Assembly (NCBI GenBank): GCA_965204725.1
Contig: OZ242005.1
Span: forward strand, 1,120,001 to 1,184,000
Direction: 5' to 3'
Length of the DNA: 64,000 bases
Source of the DNA: Candidatus Latescibacterota bacterium
GTDB lineage: Bacteria > Latescibacterota > UBA2968 > UBA8231
A program made the translations under genes and the position numbers. Below are positions 18,063-28,500 of the stretch, piece after piece. Each line of letters starts with the position of its first letter. Position 1 is the first letter of the stretch. A model generated the notes under the pieces. That model did no database searches and was not told the origin of the DNA. It was given only the letters and a program-made list of their open reading frames with translations.

Positions 18063-19982
18063 TCAATCGGCCTTTTGTTTTGCCTTTTGCAGTTGGTTAT
18101 AGCGCTCCAGAAATTCGTCGTGTGCTCGTTTTACCATGTCGAGTAGGTCTGTGTACCTTCTGACGTAGATTTGCGAGTTTGCTAAAATGTCTTTTTTTCC
18201 TCTCGCTTGATCAGTATTAACCAAATCTCCGCAAAGGAGATACCCGGTGACTGTCTCATATTGATAATCACTATCCGTCGTCCGGTTAATGTAAGCTCGC
18301 ATAAAGATAACGTACTCTTCAATTTGGTTGAGTTCCTTCACAGAAGCGTTTGACTGTGGGCGTTTGATTTCTACTACGACCAAGTTCGCGCCTTCTCGTA
18401 CACAGAGGAAATCAATGCGTCTGTCTCTTTCCGGGGCGTCGCTGTCTTCTGGGAATTTGTCGCGCAGTAGTTGACTGTATGTTACCTCGTCATCTACCAA
18501 CGACCAACGCGGGTCAATCACCCAAGGGAATTCTTTTAGGAAGTTGTGGAGCGTCGGCACTTCCAACGCATTGTCTTCAATCAGTTTTTGGAGTTTTTCA
18601 ATCGTCGTTATGCGCCCTTGAGTAACTCGCGCCATTTCTTTGGCTTCGACGATTTCCCACTCGCGGAATAGGTTGAGGAGCTTTTCGGTGTCCTCGAACT
18701 CCGTTTCAGTTAGGTCTTCGGCGATTTCCCAAAAGGCATCGAACTCGAGAAAATCGAGGGATGTTTGGATGACGGGTTCGATCTCCTCGACATCGGCGGT
18801 TGGGTTCTTGTCGATCACTTGACGCACCAAGCGGTCGGCGAGCTTCAGGGCGCGGTTATTGCCCGTTTCCTCGGCTTGCTCACGGAACTTAACGTAGAGT
18901 GCATTTTCCTCTAGTTGCTGTTCGTTATCGTCGCGGCGTTTTTTGGCCCACTTACGGGCGATTTTTTTGACCTCTTTTTGGCCCCACTCCTTGAGAGCCG
19001 TATTGGGTTCCGTGTCCCATACTAGCGAGTTTCGCGTCGTCCCGATTGTATCTTCCCCTTCATCGACAAACTCGACGTGGAGTTCGCCAATAAGGTAAGA
19101 GAGGGCGAATTGTTGACCGACAACGGCTTCAAAAACATAAGGCTCTTGTACTAGCTTGCCTCTCGCCATGAGAACGATTCCTCGGTCTATGCCGTCAATG
19201 TCCGGCGTCGTGCGGTTTAATGCACCGATCCAGCCCGATACGGTCCAGCCCGTTTGGGGCTGGATTTCTACGTCGTCGTACTCCCATAAGTACGGCTTGC
19301 CGTCCATGTCTTTGTCGAGTAGGGATTTGAGGTCGCGGTCTTCAGGCGAGATTGGGTCGCCGTTAATGACGACCTCGAAGCCTTGTTGTGCGCCAATGAC
19401 GGAGAATCGTCTGGCGAGTCCTCTACGGATTCTCTGAATCGAAATGCGGCGGCTTTTGAATTTTGTGATATGTCTGAGTATGATTTTCGTTCCTTTGGAG
19501 ACGGTTCCGGTAGGCGGCAGCGGCGGAAACTCGATGGTGCGTTCATCCGCTTTTTCCAACAGTTCGTCGTAGTTCATGCGGAAGTGGCTGCCTTCGCTGT
19601 CTTTCACGCTTTCTATGTCGATCTCTTTGGCGATGCCAAAGGCCGAGAATTTGCCAATGCCTTTTCGGCCCATGATCTTGCGGTTGTGCGGCGAAGGTGT
19701 CAGGTCGGATTGCTCGTTTTCGCGGCGGTCTCGGCCGACGATGAGGTACTTGTTCCGCACGTCCTCGTCGGACATGCCCATTCCGTCGTCGCTGATGATG
19801 ATTTCCGAGTGTTCGTCAATCGGTTTTTCGGGTATCTCAATCTCAACTTTGGTTGCGTTTGCGTCCCAGCCGTTGGCGACGAGTTCGCCGATGACGGGTG
19901 GCAGGGTCGAGTACATCTGCAAGCCGAGGTGTTTGATGGTGCAAACGTCGAACTCCATTCGGTAGGGGTCTCTAGAAGCCAT
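18063..19982 (-). CDS. GHKL (MORC/HATPase_c_3-like) ATPase fused to a C-terminal PD-(D/E)xK nuclease; probable restriction component
   Basis: ELVANGWDA, DDGMGM, GRKGIGK, GTKI; C-terminal RIDFLC…VVEIKR…QIEEY. Directly downstream of a C5 MTase. Confidence 0.8.
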   Translation of the reverse strand: MASRDPYRMEFDVCTIKHLGLQMYSTLPPVIGELVANGWDANATKVEIEIPEKPIDEHSEIIISDDGMGMSDEDVRNKYLIVGRDRRENEQSDLTPSPHNRKIMGRKGIGKFSAFGIAKEIDIESVKDSEGSHFRMNYDELLEKADERTIEFPPLPPTGTVSKGTKIILRHITKFKSRRISIQRIRRGLARRFSVIGAQQGFEVVINGDPISPEDRDLKSLLDKDMDGKPYLWEYDDVEIQPQTGWTVSGWIGALNRTTPDIDGIDRGIVLMARGKLVQEPYVFEAVVGQQFALSYLIGELHVEFVDEGEDTIGTTRNSLVWDTEPNTALKEWGQKEVKKIARKWAKKRRDDNEQQLEENALYVKFREQAEETGNNRALKLADRLVRQVIDKNPTADVEEIEPVIQTSLDFLEFDAFWEIAEDLTETEFEDTEKLLNLFREWEIVEAKEMARVTQGRITTIEKLQKLIEDNALEVPTLHNFLKEFPWVIDPRWSLVDDEVTYSQLLRDKFPEDSDAPERDRRIDFLCVREGANLVVVEIKRPQSNASVKELNQIEEYVIFMRAYINRTTDSDYQYETVTGYLLCGDLVNTDQARGKKDILANSQIYVRRYTDLLDMVKRAHDEFLERYNQLQKAKQKAD

Positions 19983-20003
19983 AACATACCTCCTTATTCA
20001 AGA

Positions 20004-20057
20004 CTGGATTCCCGCCCCGTGTCGGGGCACGGGGTGACGTTCTTTCGCGGGAATGAC
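20004..20057. repeat. REP-like palindromic element
   Basis: CTGGATTCCCGC…GCGGGAATGAC outer arms enclosing an inner CCCCGTG…CACGGGG palindrome, in the intergenic space between the MTase and the ATPase/nuclease. Confidence 0.6.
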
Positions 20058-20098
20058 GCCTTAGTATGAAAAAAAACGGTTCCGATGAACATTCCATG

Positions 20099-21118
20099 TC
20101 AACATGAATCGGCGATTGATTGGCCCAATTGTTCGGCGAGTTTTACCGGGACGGCGTTGCCGATTTGGCCCGATAAAAATAGAAAAGATGGGCCGAAAAA
20201 TTCGTAATCGTCGCCAAAGGTTTGGAGCGCGGCGGCCTCGCGCAATGAGATGCCTCTGTCTTGCTCGGGGTGGATGAAGCGGCCACAATAGACGTCTGTG
20301 CAGCGGCACGTTAGGGTTGGGCTCGGCGCGTCCCATGTCATGCGGCCAAATACGTCTTTGTGGGCGTTCGGCTGCTTTTGGTGGCACTTGAGTAGGATGG
20401 ACGTGTCCGCTACTTCCCGTCGGCTGCCGCCGTTTTTGGGGACGGCCGCGACAATGCGTTTGTGGTGTGGTTGCAGTTTTCTGGCGACGTGATTCGGGTA
20501 TGCCGCTGATGCTTCGCCATCGGCAATAGTCGGGTACTGGCCAATGGCGCGGCGCACGGTTGCATGGGCGGCGGTCTGTGGGCTGGGGAGCGCGGCGGCC
20601 CCGTGTCGGGAGGCCACGACGATGAATCGCTTGCGCGTCTGCGGAACGCCGAAATGTTTTGCGTCGATTAAGTCCGCTGCTTCTGAAAAGCCGCATCTTC
20701 TCAGGACCGACAGAAACTCTCGGTAGATTTCTTTGCCGTAAGCGTTGTTTAGTCCGGGAACGTTTTCTGCTAGGATGAAGTCGGGGGGGCGTTCCGCGAC
20801 GATTTTGGCAAAGTCCAGTAGGAGGGCTTTTCGTTTGTCTTGACCTTTTAGCTTATTGAGGGTGGAGAAGGGTTGGCACGGCGTACAAGCCGCGTAGAGC
20901 GTCAAGTCGTCGTCTTCAATGCCGAGCTCTTGGAGGAGTTTGTGGATTTGAATGTCGTTGATGTCGCTGTTGATGAAGCGGCATGGTTTGTTATTGTGTA
21001 TGTAGGTCTCCCGCAAACGTAGATCATTATCGACGCCGGCCAGCACCGAGATGCCGACATTCAACAGTCCTCTGGTTAGACCGCCCGCTCCGCAGAAGAA
21101 GTCAATGGCTTTAATCAT
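20099..21118 (-). CDS. dcm: DNA (cytosine-5)-methyltransferase
   Basis: DFFCGAGG (motif I), PCQPFS (IV), ENVPG (VI), QTRKR (VIII), QIGNAVP (X). Confidence 0.95.
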   Translation of the reverse strand: MIKAIDFFCGAGGLTRGLLNVGISVLAGVDNDLRLRETYIHNNKPCRFINSDINDIQIHKLLQELGIEDDDLTLYAACTPCQPFSTLNKLKGQDKRKALLLDFAKIVAERPPDFILAENVPGLNNAYGKEIYREFLSVLRRCGFSEAADLIDAKHFGVPQTRKRFIVVASRHGAAALPSPQTAAHATVRRAIGQYPTIADGEASAAYPNHVARKLQPHHKRIVAAVPKNGGSRREVADTSILLKCHQKQPNAHKDVFGRMTWDAPSPTLTCRCTDVYCGRFIHPEQDRGISLREAAALQTFGDDYEFFGPSFLFLSGQIGNAVPVKLAEQLGQSIADSC

Positions 21119-21431
21119 GGGGGGCCTCGTGGTGCTCTAAGGCGGGCAATCCCTTCACGATCTTCACTGTCTCCAAACTCACCGTAATCATCTTGCCGAT
21201 CAACTCGACGATGTATTGCGGCTCGTCCCCTCGATTCGGATCATTGGTGATACCGCTTCGTTTGTCTGTCTTGACGCGGTACTGGTCGATTATCCATTCC
21301 AACGCCGACCGATTCCCGAGTTGATAGTCATAAGTTTCCGGTGGAATCCCGTCGAGTGTTAGGTTATTGCGGTCTGGCAAGGGGGTTATGCGCCGATTGA
21401 GCGGCAAATCTCGGCCTGAGTTAGTGATCAT
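21111..21431 (-). pseudogene. 3' fragment (C-terminal tail) of the single-chain R-M gene
   Basis: LTLDGIPPETYDYQLGNRSALEWIIDQY…VKGLP is nearly identical to the C-terminus of 25573..28662. Its stop overlaps the dcm start. Confidence 0.85.
21145..21359. repeat. Direct repeat copy 1 (215 bp) of the R-M gene 3' end
   Basis: Manual alignment to 25610..25824 is ungapped with about 17 mismatches (~92% identity). Confidence 0.92.
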
Positions 21432-21483
21432 AATCTTTCCGCCTCAAGAGGAACTTAGGTTCTTCGGCGATTGGCCTAAGCTA

Positions 21484-22977
21484 TCACCGTGAGTAGTCCG
21501 ATGGATTTTTCATGTTACCATTGATCACAAATACAAATGCCTTAGATGGAAAATCTTTGGCTGTATCGACTCCCCCATGAGTCTCGACATCAGTGAGAAT
21601 AATATCGTTCCGAATGTCCCCAGGAGGTTTATCTTTAGTCGTCAGGTCGAGCACGAGAAGGATGCTGACTTGTCGGGCTTCGACGCCTGCGTATTGAGTA
21701 GCTTGGGCTGTGTACTTTTTCGAGATGTGCTCTCGGTCACCGTTTTCCTTTTCGACTTTTAGTTCGACAATCACTCCGAGATACCTAATATCTGTGACGC
21801 CTCCTGCTTGGCTTGAGTGTTCTTGTACATCCTGTCCGAGCACATTCCGAAGATCTCGAAGCACTGTTGCTTGGAACTCGGACTCCGATACATCACTCTG
21901 TCCCTTGTAGATTGCTTCTTGAGCATAAGTAGCTAGCAGACGAGTGAGAGCCTGAAGCATCTTTAACAAGTCAGGAAGTTCATCTCGGACCTTGGGACAG
22001 TCTGAAAGCAGACTTGTGGCAAGTTCGTTAATGTGTTGATCCAGCCTCCGGTTGCCTGTCATCAGGGGATGCCTGTCTTCATTAACAACTTTGAGACGCA
22101 GCTCATTGTGCCCAATTACGGGGAGTTCAATGAACTTCCCGTCGGACGTTTCAAATGCACCACGAACTGTAAACACAAGATCATCTAGACCGATACTTTG
22201 CTCTGAATTGAACTTAATTTGTCCTGCTAATTTCCCCCGATATTCGCCGTTTTCAACACTACCCGGTGCGTCCAGCGCAAACTTGGAAACCGAGAACTCG
22301 GTTGAGGGACACGTCGTAAGCAAGTCAAGGTGAAGGCGAACCGCATCATTTGGCCATGTGAGGCCACGCACCCGAAATTCCAAAGGGTACAAAATATTGG
22401 GCTTTAAGAGTTGCGGACTTGCAAGCGGAGCATGATCCAGAAATACAATCACCCTCAACATCGGGCTTAGCGTAGCTACGGGTTCTTCTACCTCATCTTG
22501 ATACGGAAGATCCAATTTGCTTCTATGCCAGTACAATATAGGTAGTGGGACTGCCAATAGGAATGTACGCAGTTCGTCGGAATCGTATTGCCCTGTTTGG
22601 AGCAACGGTTGACGAGTTGAATCCGCGATACCCGGCAGTGTGAGAGTGTCCGCCGAAATCCAACGTCGTAGCTCACCAACTAAGACATCGCATCTTGTAC
22701 GTTCCGCAACCAAGTCACCTTCACTCCCTTGGGCAATTGCTACACAAGTAACTTGACTGACCAAGACACGTAGGCCGGCAACTATGACCTTCCACTCTAT
22801 AGGTACATGTTCATCTGGTGTCTGTTTAATAAGTTTGTCAATCTGATCGACGAAGGTATCAACTTTCTGACGCCATTCTACTTTGTCATAAGTTGTCGAG
22901 TTCAAAATCGTGCGTATATCATGAATGAGTGCTACTGAATTAGAAGCATGGTTAATATCCAACTTGGATTCCCGCAT
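21484..22977 (-). CDS. Hypothetical protein with C-terminal PD-(D/E)xK-like nuclease domain
   Basis: ESEFQ…QEHSSQAGGVTDI…IVELK…QATQY…ILLVLDLT. The ATG overlaps the upstream stop (TGATG). Low GC. Confidence 0.65.
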   Translation of the reverse strand: MRESKLDINHASNSVALIHDIRTILNSTTYDKVEWRQKVDTFVDQIDKLIKQTPDEHVPIEWKVIVAGLRVLVSQVTCVAIAQGSEGDLVAERTRCDVLVGELRRWISADTLTLPGIADSTRQPLLQTGQYDSDELRTFLLAVPLPILYWHRSKLDLPYQDEVEEPVATLSPMLRVIVFLDHAPLASPQLLKPNILYPLEFRVRGLTWPNDAVRLHLDLLTTCPSTEFSVSKFALDAPGSVENGEYRGKLAGQIKFNSEQSIGLDDLVFTVRGAFETSDGKFIELPVIGHNELRLKVVNEDRHPLMTGNRRLDQHINELATSLLSDCPKVRDELPDLLKMLQALTRLLATYAQEAIYKGQSDVSESEFQATVLRDLRNVLGQDVQEHSSQAGGVTDIRYLGVIVELKVEKENGDREHISKKYTAQATQYAGVEARQVSILLVLDLTTKDKPPGDIRNDIILTDVETHGGVDTAKDFPSKAFVFVINGNMKNPSDYSR

Positions 22978-25541
22978 CAAGTTTTATCCTTTCCCTTAGC
23001 AAAATATGCTTCAGCCGCTACTATGTCACCTGTTTGTAGTGATGCGTTTCCTGCGGCGATCATAGCAAGTTGCTTTAATTTTGTGCGAAATGCTTTGTTC
23101 CTTGGTTCTTCAGGGAGAGCGTTGAATGCGGTCTCCAATACTTTTTGCTCATACCGAAATGAACGAAAGTGCGTGAAAAGGCTTGCGAAATGGCATGATT
23201 CCCAAGGGTCGAGTTTGGCCAATTTTTGGGCGGAGACTAAGAGGTCACCTGCTACGTGCTGATACGTCGCTTCCGGTAGTTTATGTAACCACTCGAAGAA
23301 TCGAAGACGTTTTGAATGTCCGTAGTAATTATAGCGATCTCTGCTATGGTGTGCTAGATGCACACCAATGTCCTTGGCAACAAATTTAGCAATTTCTTCG
23401 CTTGGCTCGCAGAACCAAATCAGACTTTCCGCGATCTTGCTATCTACAAGGTCTTCTTTAGTCGGAAAGACAGACTCAACTAGGCGCAACGCTACTGGTT
23501 TGAAGATCGCATCTTGCTGGCCAATTTTCAGGATTGCATCGCAGATACTTTCGAGTTGATATTTATCATTATGGTACACACGAAGGTGTGCTTCAAGACA
23601 ATTAAGAACTTCAAGTAGTTGACTTTTATTAAACCACCTTGAACACCGAGCCACGGCTTGTCGTGCAGCCTGATGAACAATTACTTTCGGGTCTTGTAGG
23701 TGAACGACAATGGTGTCCACAAGATTTTGGGGTGGCATAGTAGTCGAAAAAGAGAACATCTCGACTGTTGCGTTTATTGCTTTAGCCCGCACCCAAGCTG
23801 AATCGTAATCCATCAACGTACGCCAAATCAAAGGCAGTACGCGTGTTTGGAGAGTATAGTTCTTGCCAAGCTCACCGAGCAACGATACACAGCACACCTT
23901 GAATTCGTCCTCAAGATGTACTGGCGGTTGGTTCAAACAGTTGAAGACAGAATCGAATGTCTCTGAAGGATTGGCCTTGCAGAGTTCGTTCAAGCATCCC
24001 TGCAATCGTCCTTTGAATAAATCCCATTCTTGGATGCGCCCTAATTCTTCTAGCTGCTCAAGTTGAGTATCCTGTGCCTGAGTCTGGTTAGGTAACAGAA
24101 TCGTGGGTGGTGGAGAGGGCGGACGTTCCTCGCCACTAATGATGGCAAAATAACCGAGGAGAGAGTCAAAATGATTCAGCATCTCTGCCGAGGCATTCAT
24201 ACAGGCAATTTTCAATGCCTCAAGTGCATAGGATCGAATATCGATCTCGAATCTGTCATCTTTAGTCCATGAAAGTAGTCTTTTAATTGCAATCTTTTCC
24301 TGTTCATCTACTTCAGTTCGGTTTCTATGCTCATGCCGTTCATCCCAGCTTATGGTCTGGTCGAAAAATTGGCCTAGGTACACGAGAACAATATCTTCTT
24401 GCACGGCTGGACGAACGCGGATCATTGACCCGGCAAGAAACTGGTCAACTCTCTCTGAGGAACATCGAAACGCCGATTGCAAAATTTGGATAATCTGCCT
24501 TGATGGCCTCACTTCATGTGACCGTGTATTTTCGTAAAATTCAAGTGATTGAACTAAGTCACCAAGTAGATTCTCGACTATCTGTGGTCGTTCGCACTGA
24601 ATAAGTTTGATTGCTCCACACAATTGGAAGCGTACGGCCACATTCTCGTTTTGTAGTTCACGGCGAATAATGTCTTGCACACTCTCTGGATCAGTGTCAA
24701 AATTTCGTACGATGACTGTGGTACTGTGACAGGAGTGATTCTGTGAAAATATCAAGTGTTTGATACATACTTCACTAAGTGGATACTCAACGGCGTCATC
24801 GAGCGCGTTAATCACCTCAGCAGACAGTTCTGTATATTGTCCTTTCTCAATGTTGTCAAAAGCTACTTGGCTAAAACGAGAGCCTAACTCAGAGCGTCTG
24901 CTGGCGAGTTCTGTGCAGACTGGAAGCATTAGATCAGAAAAATCGTTGGAACCAGCAAGCAGCAAGATCAGATCAATCGCAGCTTCAGGGAAAAGGTCCG
25001 CCCCCAAGCGTGCTGATTGTTGCAAGCGTTCGGCTGCTTCCTTGCGTTCTGCTTCATTTTCTGAGAAAATCGTCTCAAGATACTCAAGTATGCGATAAGA
25101 CTCAGATTCTGATTCCGAACTAATTTCTTTGGATTTTTCACGTAGGTCAGAGCGAAGTTGGGATATTCGCTCCGCTTCTGTTTCGGCTGCTTGAGTACGT
25201 TCTTGGACTTCTATCCGGTGTTTATCGATAATCTCTTGTCCCCACGAGGTATCTCCATTAGGGGTATGATGCGGACAAGTAGCACAATGTTTTACAAGAA
25301 AATTGGAGAAAATACAACGAAGATTCATGGACTCGCGCATGCCCTCTACTTTGGGACAGCCTATGCTATGGCTTGCGATGGGAAGCCCTGTCATCTGTGC
25401 GTAAAGCCCTTCAGTAGTTCGCTCGATCTCTACATATTTGCACCAACTCCGCATTTGGCTTATGCACTCAGCATTGTCCTCACCGAGCTTTATAGCCTGA
25501 TTAAGCTCATTAGCTTGAGATTCGTCAAATCGTCGCATCAT
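22977..25541 (-). CDS. Hypothetical alpha-helical (HEAT/ARM-like) repeat protein with Cys-rich N-terminus
   Basis: 854 aa, Leu/Glu-rich amphipathic repeats (ENVAVRFQLCGAI; DSAWVRAKAINA; DPKVIVHQAARQAV); N-terminal WC…GCP…CATCPH; GAGGA RBS; low GC. Confidence 0.65.
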   Translation of the reverse strand: MMRRFDESQANELNQAIKLGEDNAECISQMRSWCKYVEIERTTEGLYAQMTGLPIASHSIGCPKVEGMRESMNLRCIFSNFLVKHCATCPHHTPNGDTSWGQEIIDKHRIEVQERTQAAETEAERISQLRSDLREKSKEISSESESESYRILEYLETIFSENEAERKEAAERLQQSARLGADLFPEAAIDLILLLAGSNDFSDLMLPVCTELASRRSELGSRFSQVAFDNIEKGQYTELSAEVINALDDAVEYPLSEVCIKHLIFSQNHSCHSTTVIVRNFDTDPESVQDIIRRELQNENVAVRFQLCGAIKLIQCERPQIVENLLGDLVQSLEFYENTRSHEVRPSRQIIQILQSAFRCSSERVDQFLAGSMIRVRPAVQEDIVLVYLGQFFDQTISWDERHEHRNRTEVDEQEKIAIKRLLSWTKDDRFEIDIRSYALEALKIACMNASAEMLNHFDSLLGYFAIISGEERPPSPPPTILLPNQTQAQDTQLEQLEELGRIQEWDLFKGRLQGCLNELCKANPSETFDSVFNCLNQPPVHLEDEFKVCCVSLLGELGKNYTLQTRVLPLIWRTLMDYDSAWVRAKAINATVEMFSFSTTMPPQNLVDTIVVHLQDPKVIVHQAARQAVARCSRWFNKSQLLEVLNCLEAHLRVYHNDKYQLESICDAILKIGQQDAIFKPVALRLVESVFPTKEDLVDSKIAESLIWFCEPSEEIAKFVAKDIGVHLAHHSRDRYNYYGHSKRLRFFEWLHKLPEATYQHVAGDLLVSAQKLAKLDPWESCHFASLFTHFRSFRYEQKVLETAFNALPEEPRNKAFRTKLKQLAMIAAGNASLQTGDIVAAEAYFAKGKDKT

Positions 25542-25572
25542 TTCCTCGATTCTCCCTGTCAGATGTCGCTAT

Positions 25573-28500
25573 CTATATATGTTTTTTGTTTTTCTGCACA
25601 TCCAACTCCGGCAACCCCTTCACGATCTCCACCGTCTCCAAGCTCACCGTAATCACCTTGCCGATTAGTTTGACGATGTATTGCGGCTCGTCCCCTCGAT
25701 TCGGATCATTGATGATGCCGCTTCGTTTGTCTGTCTTGACGCGATACTGGTCAATTACCCATTCCAACGCCGAGCGATTCCCGAGTTGATAATCATAAGT
25801 TTCCGGTGGAATCTCGTCGAGTGTCAAGAAGTCGTTGTACTTGATATGCGTCTTGTCTTTGGATAGGCGCATTTTCTCTACGCGCCAGTCGAGCGGCGCG
25901 TCCGGGTTTTCGATGAAGTTGAGCCGATGTTCGGGTTGGGCTTCATAGCCGACGTGGAGTTCTGCCAAGCGTTGCCCCGCTTTGGCAAAGGCCCAGAAGT
26001 CCGGGGCGTAAGGGATGTGCGGCAAGTCTCGCTTGAGGTTGGCTTGGTATCGCGTCCGGTATTCCGGGTGGTGGAGCAAGCCATAGACGTAGTGGAAGAT
26101 GGCGCATTTGGTGATGGTGTCGTCGCTGTAATGCGAGCGGAATTGGGTCAAGGCCCAGTCGGTGATGTTCTCGCGGCGGTTGCTGCCGTCCTCGTCGTAG
26201 ATGTAGAAGGAGAAGCATTGGGTTTTTTCAAGTATGTCAAGACACGGAATCATAGAAGCCATCAGGGTTTGAAAAGGTTTGTTACTTCCGATGCCACTGA
26301 CACAAATCACTCGATTTTCTTTTTCTGTCTCAGGTATGGGGAAGATGGAGGGGAAAGCGTACACCCTCTCGTTCATCAATCGGTCAAAGTAGAGGTTCGG
26401 TTTCGTGAATGGACGATAGGATGATACCCTTATCTTTTTTTCTGAAAAATTAGCGGTTCTCCCTCTTGCTAAGTTTCGTTTAAGGGCCTCGCTCCACTTG
26501 ATTTTTTGATCATCAGAAGTCACAAAGTCATCGATATTTGCATCTTGATCCGTCCGTTGTTTCCATCTGGATCTCTGCTCGTTGTAGGTATCAATCATCC
26601 GCTTCATGTTACCAGTGAGCACATTTCGATCAAAGTTGTACGCCCAATCATTGCGGCTCGTGTTGACACCAAGGCTATAAATCTTAAATATCACATCCGC
26701 TCCCTCGCCCTTCTTCGCCTTTGCTTCCCGACTTCCCATCGGCACAAAAATTTCAAATCCTGTGTCGAGTCCTTCCGTGAGCCATGTATGTTGTCTGTCT
26801 GGCGTTATTGGTTTCCATTCGACGTTGCGGTAGTGTTCCTTTGAAGCAAGATAGCGATACTTTTCTTCTTTGCGCCAGAACTCGTCAACACGAGCGTAAG
26901 AAATTTTGGTAGGGGAATTTGCACTGTCGTTCTTTTTGATAAAGATGTTAATGCTCACACCGACTTGGATTCCAAAGACGTTGTGCGTCGTGCCGGAGAG
27001 CTTTGGATTTTTGCGAACATTCCCGCTCAAATCGAGAATGTAAATCGCGTCAAAATCATCTGCCAAATGTTTTCGCATTCCGTCAAATGCCACGCCTTCG
27101 AGAAATCCATTGTTCGTTACCAGCGCGATAATGCCTTCATTTCCGATCCGGTCTGATGCCCACCGAATCGCTTTTACATAATGATCGGAGAGTTTACTTT
27201 TATTTGACGCCTTAGAGGCTCGCGAATACGTCTCCGCAACCCGCTTATCCATCGTCTCGTACTTCCGATTTTTGTTATTGTCGTTCTCGTTGACTTGGCC
27301 GACGTTGTAAGGCGGATTGCCGACAATCACAAACATTTCCGTTTCCTTTTGCCGTTCAACCCGCGCCGTGTTCTCCTCAGTAAACAACGCCAACTGATGC
27401 TCCTCGGCCAGTTCAAACGTATCGACCAAGCACAGCCCTTCAAACGGCTGATAACGCCCCGTCGCCTCGTAGAACTCGTGCTCAATGTTCATGGACGCGA
27501 TGTAGTAAGGCAACAGCATCACCTCGTTGCAGTGAAGCTCGGACGAATACTTGGCCTCCAGCGCAGTGCGGCGAATCTCGCGCATCATGCGGACGATGAA
27601 ATTACCCGTGCCGACAAACGGGTCGATGATGTGAACGCCCGCGTCCGAGAGCGAGCGACCAAACTCAGTCTGCAAAATCTGCTCAACACTTCTCGCCATA
27701 AAATCGACAATCGGCTGCGGCGTATAGACAATGCCGTGCGTATCGGCGACTTCCACTGAAAACCCCTGAAAAAACTGCTCATAAACCGTGTTGAGGAAAT
27801 GCTGCTTTTGAGAAAAGTCATGGATGGTTTCCGCTGTTCGCTCAATCGCGACATAGAAGCGGTCGAGGCTCTCGAGAAAATCGCGGCGGCTAAACGACTG
27901 AGACGTAAGCGCGTCAATGACCCGCTCGATCTCGTGGGCAATCACGTTGCGCCGCGTAAAATCGGGATTGCTAAAGACGGTGCGGAAAATCCGCTCGGTC
28001 AACAGATGCTGAACGAGCATCTCCTCAACAGCGGCTTGAGAAAGATTGGGATTGATGGACTGCCGACACTTATCGTAGAAATCCGCAAAGGCCGTGGTGA
28101 AGCGGCGGTTGGTCTGCCGCTCCCGTTGAATCAACGCCGCCAACCCTCGCCCAATGTCGGGAACCTTGTCCTTGAACTGAGCGACCGCCTCGTCCCATTC
28201 GGCAATCGCCGGCGGCCGGTGCGAAAAAAAGGCGTCGAGCGTCTGGACGAGTTGCGCTGGGTCGGTCAGATCAGCGTCGAGAACAAGGGCGTCGTTCTGC
28301 CACAAGATCGCTCGTTGGGGCGTTTGGAACAGGATGTTGTCGCTGGGATACCCAGCCGCAAACTTGCGCTGCACTTCGGCGGGCAAGTCGTCGTCTATGT
28401 CCTTAGCCTCCCAATAGCCATGCGGCAAATTAAACTCGTCGATCAGGGCACCATCGACGCGAATGCGCTTGTTCTGAGGGAGCGCGATAGAATGCTCCGG

